A stretch of 64,000 bases of DNA, from positions 10,256-74,255 of the forward strand of contig JBBISH010000015.1 in assembly GCA_037441385.1 (NCBI GenBank). Reading direction: 5' to 3'. Made by a program: the position numbers and the translations under genes. Numbering within the stretch: position 1 is the stretch's first letter; each line of letters opens with the position of its first letter. This document shows, piece by piece, positions 18,605 to 28,727 of the stretch. This stretch comes from Myxococcales bacterium. GTDB lineage: Bacteria; Myxococcota_A; UBA9042. Below the pieces are notes generated by a model. The model saw only the letters and a program-made list of their open reading frames with translations, was not told the DNA's origin and made no database searches.

Positions 18605-21241
18605 TTACAGTGGCAGGCGATGCTCCGTCAACTGGGCTGCGCCATCGCGCCAGGCCACCAGGACCAGGCTGTAGTGCCCGGCGCGCATCCGGCAAAAGGC
18701 CAGCGCACCCTGGGGCACGCCCATCAGGCTCAGGACCCGTGCGGCACCTGGGATCGCGACCGCGGGATCGGCGCGCAACGTCTTGGCGTCGACCCCAAGA
18801 AGCAGCGCATCTTGCGAGGGCGCCGATGCCGTGGGCAGCGCGGCGATCCACAACCTGCCGGCGGCGCGGTCCAGAGTCCAGGCGTGGTCGACGGCGATCG
18901 GTTCGAGCGGGGCGAACCGCCGACGCAGATCGGAAGAGGCGAACACGACGCGGCCCTGCCGCAGGACCAGCAGGCTTGGCTCGTCGCGGATGGCGGTGGC
19001 GTCAAAGGGATCGTGGTAAGTAAAGCGGGCGAAGATGCGGTCCTGCTCGGGCCAGGCGACGGCGGAACGCACGCCGGCCACGTACTCGCCCAAGTCGGCG
19101 TCGCTGAGGCGCAGGATCGGTTTGCCGGACGCATCGATCAGCGCCACAGCAAAGTTCTTGGGATTCTGCCGTTCGCGCAGATGCGCCACTACCAGCATGC
19201 GGTCGGGCAAGTTCTCGATCCCCACCGCCGACTGCAGCGCCGGCTGGGTGCGCTGCTGACTCGCCACTTCCAGGGTATGGGCGTCGAGCGCGGTGAGCGT
19301 CGACGCGGCACCGCGGAGGCTGTGGCGACCCAGGAGCAAGAACTGCCTTTGCGTAGGCTCAAGGGCAGAGCCCAGCAGCAGATCGTCGCCCCGCAAGGCC
19401 TGGACCAGGTCGATCCCGCCTTCGACATGCGGAGGTTCGCCGGGCAACTGCTCGAAGACGACCAAGCGGCTCTGCGACAGACCGACTAGCCGCACCGCAT
19501 CACCGACCGCGGCCAGCCGCACGGGCGCGTTGGTATCGATAGGCCACGCCTCGGGCAAGGCGAACGGCTGCAAGCCCAACGTGTCGAGCACGACACTGAG
19601 CCACAAGCGCCCTTGCACCACGATGAGGCGCTCGTTCACGACCGCACAGGCCACCGGCGCCTGTTCCAGCTTGTGCAAACCGGGCGGCACGGGCGCGGCG
19701 CGCAAGGCCGGTCCAGCGACCCGATCCAACCGAGACTGCAAGGCCTGAACGACATCGGCCGGCTCCAGATGAACCAGTTCGCTCAGAACGTGCCGCGCGG
19801 CAAAGTAGGCGCCCCGCCCCAGCGCACTCTCGAAATCGCGGGTGAGGTGGCCGCGACGTTCGGCGACCTGGCGCGCGGCGGCTAGGTCTTTGCGCAGCGA
19901 CTTGAGGGCCGGCGATTGCGCCGCATTGCCGCGCCCCCACTGGCCAATCGCGGCGGCGGCGTCGTCCAGCTCGCCGTGGTCGATCATCAGCTGAACAGCT
20001 TCGACAAAGGCCGCTTCCTCAGCTTGCCGAAGCTCGCTCTGCCATGCGGCCACCGCCTCGGCAGCCTGACGAGCCGTGGGCGTCGCGAGCCACTCGGCCG
20101 GCAGGCGCTGCAGGTGGCTCTGCAACTCTTCTGGATCGCCGTCTGCGCCAAGTTGACGCAAGGCCAGGACGGCCGACAGCGCCGGCAAACGCTGCGAGAG
20201 GGGCTGCTGGCGGCAAAAGCCCGCGACCTCTGCGATCGCCTGCCACGCGGCCAGCAGGTCCGCAGCGATGGTGCTGGGCGGTTGCACGACTCCGCGCTCG
20301 GCCAGACTCGCCAGGACCGCCCACCGATCCAGGTTGGCGCCAGCCTGAGCCTGTGCCCACAACTGCGCCACCTCGGCCGCCGCCAGCTGCGACTGGACGT
20401 GCGCCAACCAGGCCCGGTCCGCGTCGCTGGCACCGGGCAGTTGGGTGAGCTGGCGGGCTGTGGCCAAAGCGGCCGGCCATTGCAAGGCATCGGCCTGCTG
20501 GTCAAGCTGGGCGCGCAGAAGTTCAGCCTGCGCCTGCCATTGCAGGGCCTGGCAGCGGGCGCGCAAGCCTGCAAACACTGGGGTCGTCCCCCAGCGCGGC
20601 TCGGCCTCGGCCAGTAGACTGACGGCGCGCTCGGCAGCCCTGGCTTCGATCGCCGCGGCGACCGCGGCCAGGGCCTCGCTGGCTTGGGCGTTGCGCTGAC
20701 GCCGCAGCTGCTCCAGGAAAGCGAGCGCCTCGCCGTCCAACTTACTTTCGGCGGCTTGAAGCATGGCCACCGCCCGCTCTAGCCCCGACTCTGCCAGTTC
20801 GCGCTTGGCCAGGCGGAGCAACGCGGCGGGATCGCCTTGGAGGGCCAGGCGACTGTCCAACTCGACCGCGCGCGGGTGCTGCACGCCGGCAGCAGCGCGG
20901 GCCACCAGCCGGGTCAGGTCGCGGGCGGCGCCTTTGGCGTCCGGGGCCAGGGCAAACTCGGGCTCGTCGAGCCAAGCCGCCACCTCGGCCAGGTCACCCA
21001 GACGCTCGACCAAGAATTCCGCATAGCGCGCCGTTGCCTCTAGCGCATGACGACCCGGCGTGGCCCGGACCGCCTGCCGGTACAGGTGGCGTGCGGCGTC
21101 GAAATCAAACGCCTCTTCTGCGTCTTGGCCTTGTTGCCAGGCAGTATCGGCCGAAAGTTGCCGAAGTCCCGGCGGCTCGCCTGGCAGGATCTCGGCCAGC
21201 GCGGGCCGCGACCAAGCGCCCTTGTGCGTGATTTGGGTCAT
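18605..21241 (-). CDS. Hypothetical protein with an N-terminal helical/TPR-like region and a beta-rich C-terminal region
   Basis: Long ORF 11 nt downstream of the giant CARDB gene; Ala/Leu/Gln-rich helices; no recognised catalytic motif. Confidence 0.7.
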   Translation of the reverse strand: MTQITHKGAWSRPALAEILPGEPPGLRQLSADTAWQQGQDAEEAFDFDAARHLYRQAVRATPGRHALEATARYAEFLVERLGDLAEVAAWLDEPEFALAPDAKGAARDLTRLVARAAAGVQHPRAVELDSRLALQGDPAALLRLAKRELAESGLERAVAMLQAAESKLDGEALAFLEQLRRQRNAQASEALAAVAAAIEARAAERAVSLLAEAEPRWGTTPVFAGLRARCQALQWQAQAELLRAQLDQQADALQWPAALATARQLTQLPGASDADRAWLAHVQSQLAAAEVAQLWAQAQAGANLDRWAVLASLAERGVVQPPSTIAADLLAAWQAIAEVAGFCRQQPLSQRLPALSAVLALRQLGADGDPEELQSHLQRLPAEWLATPTARQAAEAVAAWQSELRQAEEAAFVEAVQLMIDHGELDDAAAAIGQWGRGNAAQSPALKSLRKDLAAARQVAERRGHLTRDFESALGRGAYFAARHVLSELVHLEPADVVQALQSRLDRVAGPALRAAPVPPGLHKLEQAPVACAVVNERLIVVQGRLWLSVVLDTLGLQPFALPEAWPIDTNAPVRLAAVGDAVRLVGLSQSRLVVFEQLPGEPPHVEGGIDLVQALRGDDLLLGSALEPTQRQFLLLGRHSLRGAASTLTALDAHTLEVASQQRTQPALQSAVGIENLPDRMLVVAHLRERQNPKNFAVALIDASGKPILRLSDADLGEYVAGVRSAVAWPEQDRIFARFTYHDPFDATAIRDEPSLLVLRQGRVVFASSDLRRRFAPLEPIAVDHAWTLDRAAGRLWIAALPTASAPSQDALLLGVDAKTLRADPAVAIPGAARVLSLMGVPQGALAFCRMRAGHYSLVLVAWRDGAAQLTEHRLPL

Positions 21242-21252
21242 GCGAAGCGGGC

Positions 21253-24200
21253 CTAGTTGGTGGTGCAGACGCCGCTTTGGCAAGTGCCGGCGCCGCAGGC
21301 CGTGCCGTCGACGATCTCGACATAGCTGCAGCCGGTCCCGGTCTTGCAGCTGTCGATAGTGCACGGATTGAAGTCGTCGCAGCTGGGTGCCGTGGGCAGG
21401 ACCAGCAAGCGCAGCAGATCCGAAGTGGTGTCCAACTCGGCCAACGCGCCAACCGCAAGCCAACCCCAGTTCCAAGGCATGACCGCGCGGAGCACGTCGG
21501 CCTTGTCGTTGCCCGCGGCCCAGCTGGCCGTGACGGTGTTGTCGCTGCCGATGAGCCACAACATCCCGTCGAACCCGAAGGTTTTCTCGCTGGCGGCGCC
21601 GCTGTAACCCACGGCGGCCAGGCTGCCGTCGGGCTGTAGGGCCATGCCGTAGATGCGCGCGGTCTTGAGGCCGGCGAAGCTGGGCGCTTGCGGCGTGGTG
21701 GCGGCGACGATGGCGCTGGAGCTGACCACGCCGGCCAAGTTACAGCGAGCCACGTAGGCCTGCCAGGTGGGCGGACTGGCCGCCGCCTTGCCGCTATCGG
21801 TCGCGCCGGCGACGGTGACGTTGCCGTTGGCTTGGATCGCCACGGCCGACAAGGTGGTGTTGCTGGCACCTTCTGCCAAGGCCACCTGCGCGGCCACTGC
21901 ACCGCTGGCGACGCTGAGGCGCGCAAACAGGCCCTTCTGCACCGTGGTTTGGTCGTCTTGGCCCACGGCCACCACTTCGGTGCCGCTTGGGGCCAAGGCC
22001 ACGGACTGCAAGGTGTCGTTGCCGCTGCCGCCCAGGAACTTTTGCCACAGGAGGTTGCCGTTGGCGTCCAGGTGGACCACCCAACCGTCTTGGGCGTCGG
22101 CGGTGGCGCTGGGATCGCTCGCGCTGCCCACGGCGATGAGGTCGCCCGTGGGCAAGGCGGTAAGGCCGCTCAATTTGGCGCTGGCGCTGCCCACCTTGAG
22201 GAGCTGGCTGGTGGCGACATTGCCAGTGCTGAGGTCCATGCGCACGAACCAGCCCGCGCTGGGGCTGCCGGCTTGGCCGATGGCGACGATGGCGTCGCCC
22301 TGCACCGCGACACCTTGCAGGACGTTGGGCGAATTGCCCGCGCTCAAAGCCTTCTGCCATAGCAGCTTGCCGTCGGCGCCGAAGCGAGCGGCGTAGCCGC
22401 GCAGGTCGCCCGGTGTGATTTCGCGAGCGCCAACCACCACATAGCCGCCATCACCGGCCGCCGCAACGGCCGTGGCCAAGTCGACCAGAGTGGTGGCGTC
22501 GCTGGCCAGGCTCAGCACCTGAGTCGCCTTGGGCACCACGCAAGTGCCGTCGGACGTACAGGTTTCGCCCAAGGTGCACGGGTCCGAATCGCTGCACACC
22601 TGCCCGGCCGCCTGTCCGTTGTTGCACTTGCCGCCCACGCAGGTGTCGGCGGTGCACTGGTTGCCGTCGTCGCACGGCGCCACGTTGTCGGCGGTGCAGG
22701 CTTTGGGCCCGCAAACGGTGGTGGTCAGGTCGCAGGCTTGATTGACCGCGCACATCGAGTCGTCCAGGCACTCGATGCAGGTGCCCGTCATCGACTTGCA
22801 GGCCACCAGCTGGTAGGCGTTCGAGTCGCCCGCAAAGCCCGAGATACGCAGGTAGAACTTGGTGCTTTCGTCGCTCTGGTAGGTGAACTGCTCGGGGGCC
22901 TGCTTGGTGGCCGACACCGCGACCGGCGCAGCGAACTTGTTCACTTTGTACAGACGGATGTCCAAGTCGCCCAGCGTCTGATCGAATTTGGCGGTCACGG
23001 TCAGCGTCTCGCCCTTCTTGAGATCGATCGTGTACCAGTCCAGATCGTACGGGCACAGCGACAGGTCGGGCGTGACTCCCATCAGCAGCGGCGAGGCGAT
23101 TTGCGGCGCGCTGTTGGGTTCAAAGACGTCGGGCAAACAGAGCTTGATGACCTCCATGGCCGCAGCGTCGGTGTTGTTCAGTTCCTGGCTCTCGGCCACG
23201 CTGCCGGTGGCGTCCGCGGCCACGATCACGTAGGCCGGGCCGGGCTTGGCGTCGACCGGGATCATCGCCTTGTCGTCCACGGCCTTGCTGGCCTTGCCGG
23301 TGAGCGCCGTCATGGGCCGCAAACTCATCAACGCATCACTGGAATCGAGCTTGTTGTCCTGCGAGAAGTAGTAGCCGTACCAGAAATCGGTCGACGCGTC
23401 CTGGCACGCATTGCTCAGCTGCACGGTCAGGTAGATGTCTTCGCCCTGAACGACCTGCGCCGGGAACACCGACTGAATCTTGGCCAACAGATCCACGCCC
23501 TTGCCGCCGTCGACGAACAGGGTGTAGCCAAAACCACCGGTCGGCTTGATGCCGGGCGACTTGTACGAGGCCTGCAGGTAGTAGGTGCCGTCGTCCGGCG
23601 CCGTAAAGGGCACCTTGCCGTTGCCCCCCTGGGTCTTGAGGGGCGGCAGGTTGGGATTACCAAAGATCTTGAGCTGATACGCGTTTCCAGGGTGATTGAA
23701 GTCCAGGTTGATGACTTCGCCCTTCTTCATGACCAGCTTGAACCAGTCTTCGTCGCCCAGGCACAGGCTCAAGGTGGCCTGGCCACAGCCGATTTCGGGC
23801 GCCGACGCCACGGCGTTGTTCGACTCGTACGGATCGGCCAGGCACACGTCGGTCGGGTCGGGCTCGCTGACACTGACCGTGATGTCGTAATCATACGGAA
23901 TTGCAGTAGTTTCTGGCAGAACGTAGACATGGACGTAGAACGTCCCGCCCACCTGGACATACGGGATGGTCGCTTTGCTGCTCGCCGCGCTCGCCGCGCC
24001 GGCCAAGACGCCCGCCTTGCTCGAGTCGATGATCTGCACGCCGACCAAGCCCTTGCCGGATTGGTACTTCCAGTTGAGCTTGACCGAAAGGGCTTTGCCG
24101 GTTGGAACTTGGATGCTGTACCAATCGGGCAGGCCGGGGCACACGTTCAGCGCCTGCAGCAAGGTGCCGGCGGGCGGCAACGCCGCGGCGGTGTCGGCGG

Positions 24201-27111
24201 TGTGGTTGCCCGCGTACGCGTCGGGCTGGCAGGTCTGGGTCGTGCTGAGCTGGAGGCTATTGGAGAGCGAGACATTGTTGGTTTCGTTGGTCTCTGCGAT
24301 CACCTTGCCGGTGTCCACTTGGGCCAACACCGTCCAAACGCCGCCTGCGACGATCGGCAGCAACAAGGTTTCGCTGCTCTCGACCGTGACGCTGGCGTCC
24401 ATGCCGTTGATGTAGTCGACATCCTTTAGGATCTTGTCGTTCTCGTCGACCAGGCCGTCTTGGCTGAGCAGGTAGCGCACGGTAAAGGGCGCCGCGGCCT
24501 TGTCGCCCAGGTTGGTGACCTTGAGCTTGGTCTTGATGAGCGCGCCCGGGAAAGTGACGCTGGGCGACACGGAAAGCTGGCCGGCGAGCAAGTCCACGCC
24601 GTTGGCCGGGGCCAACACCTGCACTTGCAGGGTGTACTGGGCCTTGGTGGCCAGGGTCTTGGGCGCGACATGGATGTAATAGTCGCCGCCGGTCGTCACC
24701 GTCAGGGCCGAGGCCTTCTTGGCGGCCGAGGTCAGCTTCTGCCCGTCGATCAGGGTCTTGCCATCAGGTGCCCAGATCTCGATGTCCAGATCCGACGGCA
24801 CCACCACGGTGGAGACGAGCGGGGTGGCCACGAGGTTGACCAGCAGCGAATTGCCCTTGGGTACTGTGACTTTCCACCAGTCGTCGTTGCCGCACGAGCC
24901 GAGCACGGCCGTGGCGCTGGCCGGCAGCGGGGCCGCATTCTGCAGCGTGTTGTTGTTGACGCCAGCGACGTCCGCGTCGTCTTCGAAGCAGCCGCCCTTG
25001 GCGCCGCTGACGGTGATCGGCGTGGCCGAGGCTGCCGCGTTGTTGCCCTTGTTGGTTTCTTTGGTGTTGGCGACCTTGGCGTCCAGAATCACGCACACGT
25101 ACCAGCTGGTGATCGTGTGATCCAAGCCGATCGGCATAGTGATGTCCTGGACCACATCCACGGCGCTCAGGGCGTCGGCGCCCGAGTCGAGGGTCTCGGC
25201 AATCAGGATGTTGAGGCCTTGGGCCACCAGCGACGCGCCGCACTGCTTGTTCGGGCTGAGGGCGACCCAGGTGGTCGACGCGGCCGCGCCGGTGGTGCCG
25301 TCGTTGCGGACCGTGTACGAGACCTTGATCTTCTCGCCCGCGACGACGCTGGCCGGGTGCACGCCCACGGCTTCGGGCCAGAGGTCGACGTTCTGCTGGG
25401 CGGTCAGGATCAGCTTGTCGAACACGGCGACGTTGTTGCCTTCGTCCAGCTCGGCGACCACATTGGCCGGGTCGATGCGCAAGTAGATGTAGTAGTTCTG
25501 TACCGGCGTCGTGTTGGCGATGGTCACCAGGGTGGTGCCTTCCTTGGTCTCGCCCGCGGCCAGCGCCGGGATGGTGAAATCCTTTTGGTTGGTGATGCAG
25601 GTGTTCTTGGAAAACGCCTTGTCCGGGCAGAAATAGATGCTGGCGGGCGACGGCGTGGCGATGGCGGTGTTGCCGGCGTTCTTGACCGACCACTGCACGC
25701 CCACCTGGCCGCCCAAGAAGGTGCCCTTGGGCTTGACGGTCATCGAGACCAGATCCAAATCCACGCCGTTTTTGACCAGTTTCTTGACTTTGACCGGCTG
25801 CGGGGCCACCGCGACGTTGTTGCCTTCGTTGCTCTCGGCCAACTGGTTCTTCACGTCGGCCGCGGCGATCAGGTAGTAGTCGCCATCGGGCACGTCGGGG
25901 ATGATCGCCGAATAGTTGAGCGGCAGCGTGGCCTTGGGCGACAACTTGAGCAAATTGCTGGTCGCCAGCTTGGTCAGCATGTGGTCGACCTGGCTCGGGT
26001 CGTCTGGGTCCTTGGTCGGGTCGTAGTCGAGCTTCTTGTCGGCAGAGAGGAACACCGCGTACTTGCTGGCTTTGGCATCGCCAGCGCCGATGTTCGACAC
26101 CTCGTGCGAGTAGGTGAGCGAGTCGCCGGGCGAATAGGTCAGCGCGCTATCGAACTCAGGAGCGGTGATGACCAAGTCCGGCTGCGCCGCCTCTTGGTTG
26201 TTGACGTTCAGCAGCGAGGTAGCGACCCCAAAGTTGTCTGCTTGGTTGGCCTCGTTCAGGCTGTGACTGGGATCGACCATCACCAAGATGAAGTAGTCGC
26301 CATCGGCCACTTCGGCAGGCACCTTGAAATGGCTGGGGGCGGTCTTGGCGTCGGGATCATTGCCAAAAAACACCGTGCTTTGCGAGGTCTTGCCCGAGTC
26401 CATCTTGGCGATCGTCTCGGTGTGAACCAGCATCGCCGTTTCGTCGAGCACCTGGGTGGCCGACAGGTAGATCGCGACTTGGATGGGTTTCGCAATGGCG
26501 TCGCCGCTGTTGTCCACAGAAAAGGTGAGCGAGACGTCGCTGCCGAGCCCAACCGACGGGGGCGAGATCAGATCGACGTTGCTGAGCGACAATTCCACCG
26601 GCTCATCGACCAGCACCGTGGTAGAGGCTTCGGCCTTGACCTTGCTGTTGTAGCGCCAGTAGACCTTGACGTGGGCGTTGTACGACCCTTTGTAACTATA
26701 GGTATTTTTGACCGTGAGCCCGCCTGCTTCCTCGGGCACGCTCAGGTTGTAGACGACCGGCAGCGAGGCGTCGCCAAAATCCCACTCGACGAACAAATTG
26801 GCTGGATCATCGCCCGTCACGGTCGCCACAAATTCAACCGGGAGCGGTGCGTTGCCCGAACTTGGCTTGGCCGAGATCGACACCGACAACGTCGGCGGCT
26901 TCAAGACATCTTCTTGCTCGGCGTCGCCTTCGGCATCCGCATTTTGGACATCGGCGCCAGCGTCCGCGGTGGTCGAAGGCGAGCTGCAGCCCGCGTGCAG
27001 CCCAAGCACCACCAACAGCGCGGCAATGGATCGCCACAGGCTGCCCGGCGCCGTCGCGTACAGGGCAAGGCGGCTGCTGAATTGCGTTTGCGGGTGGCGC
27101 GTTTGGCGCAT
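21253..27111 (-). CDS. Giant surface lipoprotein with PKD, multiple CARDB, PPC-like domains, Cys-rich repeats and a C-terminal beta-propeller-like region
   Basis: SD AGGAG; lipobox LHAGC; P.SGNAPL.V.F...WDFGD (PKD); repeated D....E.NE.NN (CARDB); D.(Y/F)E.N and D.DW(W/Y/F) (PPC); CDDGNQCTADTC repeats. Confidence 0.85.
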   Translation of the reverse strand: MRQTRHPQTQFSSRLALYATAPGSLWRSIAALLVVLGLHAGCSSPSTTADAGADVQNADAEGDAEQEDVLKPPTLSVSISAKPSSGNAPLPVEFVATVTGDDPANLFVEWDFGDASLPVVYNLSVPEEAGGLTVKNTYSYKGSYNAHVKVYWRYNSKVKAEASTTVLVDEPVELSLSNVDLISPPSVGLGSDVSLTFSVDNSGDAIAKPIQVAIYLSATQVLDETAMLVHTETIAKMDSGKTSQSTVFFGNDPDAKTAPSHFKVPAEVADGDYFILVMVDPSHSLNEANQADNFGVATSLLNVNNQEAAQPDLVITAPEFDSALTYSPGDSLTYSHEVSNIGAGDAKASKYAVFLSADKKLDYDPTKDPDDPSQVDHMLTKLATSNLLKLSPKATLPLNYSAIIPDVPDGDYYLIAAADVKNQLAESNEGNNVAVAPQPVKVKKLVKNGVDLDLVSMTVKPKGTFLGGQVGVQWSVKNAGNTAIATPSPASIYFCPDKAFSKNTCITNQKDFTIPALAAGETKEGTTLVTIANTTPVQNYYIYLRIDPANVVAELDEGNNVAVFDKLILTAQQNVDLWPEAVGVHPASVVAGEKIKVSYTVRNDGTTGAAASTTWVALSPNKQCGASLVAQGLNILIAETLDSGADALSAVDVVQDITMPIGLDHTITSWYVCVILDAKVANTKETNKGNNAAASATPITVSGAKGGCFEDDADVAGVNNNTLQNAAPLPASATAVLGSCGNDDWWKVTVPKGNSLLVNLVATPLVSTVVVPSDLDIEIWAPDGKTLIDGQKLTSAAKKASALTVTTGGDYYIHVAPKTLATKAQYTLQVQVLAPANGVDLLAGQLSVSPSVTFPGALIKTKLKVTNLGDKAAAPFTVRYLLSQDGLVDENDKILKDVDYINGMDASVTVESSETLLLPIVAGGVWTVLAQVDTGKVIAETNETNNVSLSNSLQLSTTQTCQPDAYAGNHTADTAAALPPAGTLLQALNVCPGLPDWYSIQVPTGKALSVKLNWKYQSGKGLVGVQIIDSSKAGVLAGAASAASSKATIPYVQVGGTFYVHVYVLPETTAIPYDYDITVSVSEPDPTDVCLADPYESNNAVASAPEIGCGQATLSLCLGDEDWFKLVMKKGEVINLDFNHPGNAYQLKIFGNPNLPPLKTQGGNGKVPFTAPDDGTYYLQASYKSPGIKPTGGFGYTLFVDGGKGVDLLAKIQSVFPAQVVQGEDIYLTVQLSNACQDASTDFWYGYYFSQDNKLDSSDALMSLRPMTALTGKASKAVDDKAMIPVDAKPGPAYVIVAADATGSVAESQELNNTDAAAMEVIKLCLPDVFEPNSAPQIASPLLMGVTPDLSLCPYDLDWYTIDLKKGETLTVTAKFDQTLGDLDIRLYKVNKFAAPVAVSATKQAPEQFTYQSDESTKFYLRISGFAGDSNAYQLVACKSMTGTCIECLDDSMCAVNQACDLTTTVCGPKACTADNVAPCDDGNQCTADTCVGGKCNNGQAAGQVCSDSDPCTLGETCTSDGTCVVPKATQVLSLASDATTLVDLATAVAAAGDGGYVVVGAREITPGDLRGYAARFGADGKLLWQKALSAGNSPNVLQGVAVQGDAIVAIGQAGSPSAGWFVRMDLSTGNVATSQLLKVGSASAKLSGLTALPTGDLIAVGSASDPSATADAQDGWVVHLDANGNLLWQKFLGGSGNDTLQSVALAPSGTEVVAVGQDDQTTVQKGLFARLSVASGAVAAQVALAEGASNTTLSAVAIQANGNVTVAGATDSGKAAASPPTWQAYVARCNLAGVVSSSAIVAATTPQAPSFAGLKTARIYGMALQPDGSLAAVGYSGAASEKTFGFDGMLWLIGSDNTVTASWAAGNDKADVLRAVMPWNWGWLAVGALAELDTTSDLLRLLVLPTAPSCDDFNPCTIDSCKTGTGCSYVEIVDGTACGAGTCQSGVCTTN

Positions 27112-27299
27112 GGCCAACTCCTGGCAAGGCGGACGTGGGATGCGCCGGCCGAAGCTGCGCATGACGAAACGGCTACTTTAGCGCAAGTAGGGGGGTAAAT
27201 TCCAATTGCCGAGTAGGGCATAGGCGGTCGGCCCGGAAGGCAGCGGGGGTCGCGGCGCGAGTGATGTCCCAATGGCCCCGGCTTGTGTAGAATTGCCGC

Positions 27300-28583
27300 A
27301 TGGAAGCCGCCGGCCACGTTGAATTGCACCCCTCGCAGGCCTGCGCAGTGGCCGTCAAGGTGGTGGAGCGACTGCGCGACGCTGGGTTTTCTGCGTACTT
27401 GGTGGGCGGGTGCGTGCGCGATCTGGTGCTGGGTCTAGAGCCCAAGGACTACGACGTGGCGACCGCGGCGCGGCCACGGCAGGTGCGGCGGCTGTTCAGC
27501 CAAGTCATCGAAGTCGGCATCGCTTTTGGGGTTGTGCGCGTGCGCCTGGCGGACGAGCTGGGCACCATGCACGAAGTCGAGGTGGCGACGTTTCGCGCCG
27601 ACGGCGAGTACTTGGATGGTCGCCGCCCCGAGTCGGTGCGCTTTACCGACGCCGAACAGGACGTGTTGCGCCGCGACTTCACCATCAACGGGCTGCTCCT
27701 GGACCCGCTGCGCGGAAGCTCGACCGGGCTGGTGGTCGATTGGGTCGGCGGCATGGAGGACCTGCGCTTGGGTCGTCTGCGGGCGATCGGCGACGCCCGC
27801 CAGCGGTTTGGCGAGGATGCGCTGCGGCTGCTGCGCGCACCCCGCTTTGCTGCGCGCTTTGGCTTGCGCATCGAAGAGGCGACCCGGCAGGCCATCGTGG
27901 AACTGGCGCCGACGCTGAGGCGGGTGGCGGCCGAGCGCATCACCACCGAGATGGGGCTCATGCTGACGGCGCCGTCGGCGCGCTTGGCGGTGGAATTGCT
28001 GCAGCATCTGGGGCTGGCTGCGGCCCTGTGGCCGACCTTGGACGCCGCACCCCATCACTGGCCGCGGGCGGCCGAGCGCGCCGAACGGCTGCGCGCCCAG
28101 GGCCGCGTGGATCTGGCGCTGGCGCTGGCCAATTTGGCCTATGGCGTAGAGGGTTGGCTTGAGTCGAGCGAGTGCGAAGCGACGCTGCGGCTGTCCAAGG
28201 CCGAGCGGAACATGGCGCTGGCGATTCACGCCGCGGTGCAGTGGGTCGAGCCGCTGGGGCCGCCGCGGCCCGGTCCGTGGCGGGCGGCTGAAGCGCGCTG
28301 GCTGCGGCGCACCGAAGCGGACCCCGCGCTGCGCCTGTGTATGGCCGCCGAACCGGACGGGCCCCACGCCGCGTGGCGTGACCAGTTGGCGGCGGCAAAG
28401 CGGCGCTGGCTGTGGCCCGCAGACCCGGTGACCGGCAGCGAGCTGCAAGTCCGCGGGCATGGCCCGGGGCCGCACTTCAAGATTGCGCTGGCGGCGGCCG
28501 AGGCCGTGCAGCTGGAAGGGGGCGACCACGCCCAGGCGCTGGACGCGGCCGAGCTAGCGCTTGCGCGCCAAGGTCAGGCTTGA
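27300..28583 (+). CDS. cca: Class II tRNA nucleotidyltransferase (CCA-adding), no HD domain
   Basis: YLVGGCVRDLVLG..PKDYDVAT; EVATFR.DG.Y.DGRRP; RRDFTIN; EDALRLLR. Lacks the poly(A) polymerase G[RK][RK]F signature. Confidence 0.88.
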   Translation: MEAAGHVELHPSQACAVAVKVVERLRDAGFSAYLVGGCVRDLVLGLEPKDYDVATAARPRQVRRLFSQVIEVGIAFGVVRVRLADELGTMHEVEVATFRADGEYLDGRRPESVRFTDAEQDVLRRDFTINGLLLDPLRGSSTGLVVDWVGGMEDLRLGRLRAIGDARQRFGEDALRLLRAPRFAARFGLRIEEATRQAIVELAPTLRRVAAERITTEMGLMLTAPSARLAVELLQHLGLAAALWPTLDAAPHHWPRAAERAERLRAQGRVDLALALANLAYGVEGWLESSECEATLRLSKAERNMALAIHAAVQWVEPLGPPRPGPWRAAEARWLRRTEADPALRLCMAAEPDGPHAAWRDQLAAAKRRWLWPADPVTGSELQVRGHGPGPHFKIALAAAEAVQLEGGDHAQALDAAELALARQGQA

Positions 28584-28727
28584 GATCGCCTTGCGCTGAG
28601 CTGGCTTGCGGGCTCCGTCTGCCACCGGACATTGACTGCACTTGGGGGTAGGCGACCACAACCGGCGCGCCAGCACGACCGCGGCCACAGCCACCACGGC
28701 CAACGCGGCGACGGCGTCCCAGGTCAT
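28554..28727 (-). CDS. FeoB-associated Cys-rich small membrane protein
   Basis: Start overlaps the feoB stop (ATGA); one TM then CSQCP. Confidence 0.65.
   Translation of the reverse strand: MTWDAVAALAVVAVAAVVLARRLWSPTPKCSQCPVADGARKPAQRKAISSLTLARKR

Noticed and set aside
27300..28583. Poly(A) polymerase (pcnB) or CC-only adding enzyme
   Set aside because: Lacks the PAP G[RK][RK]F signature and retains the flexible loop (Y.DGRRP) that CC-adding enzymes typically lose; an A-adding-only role cannot be excluded.
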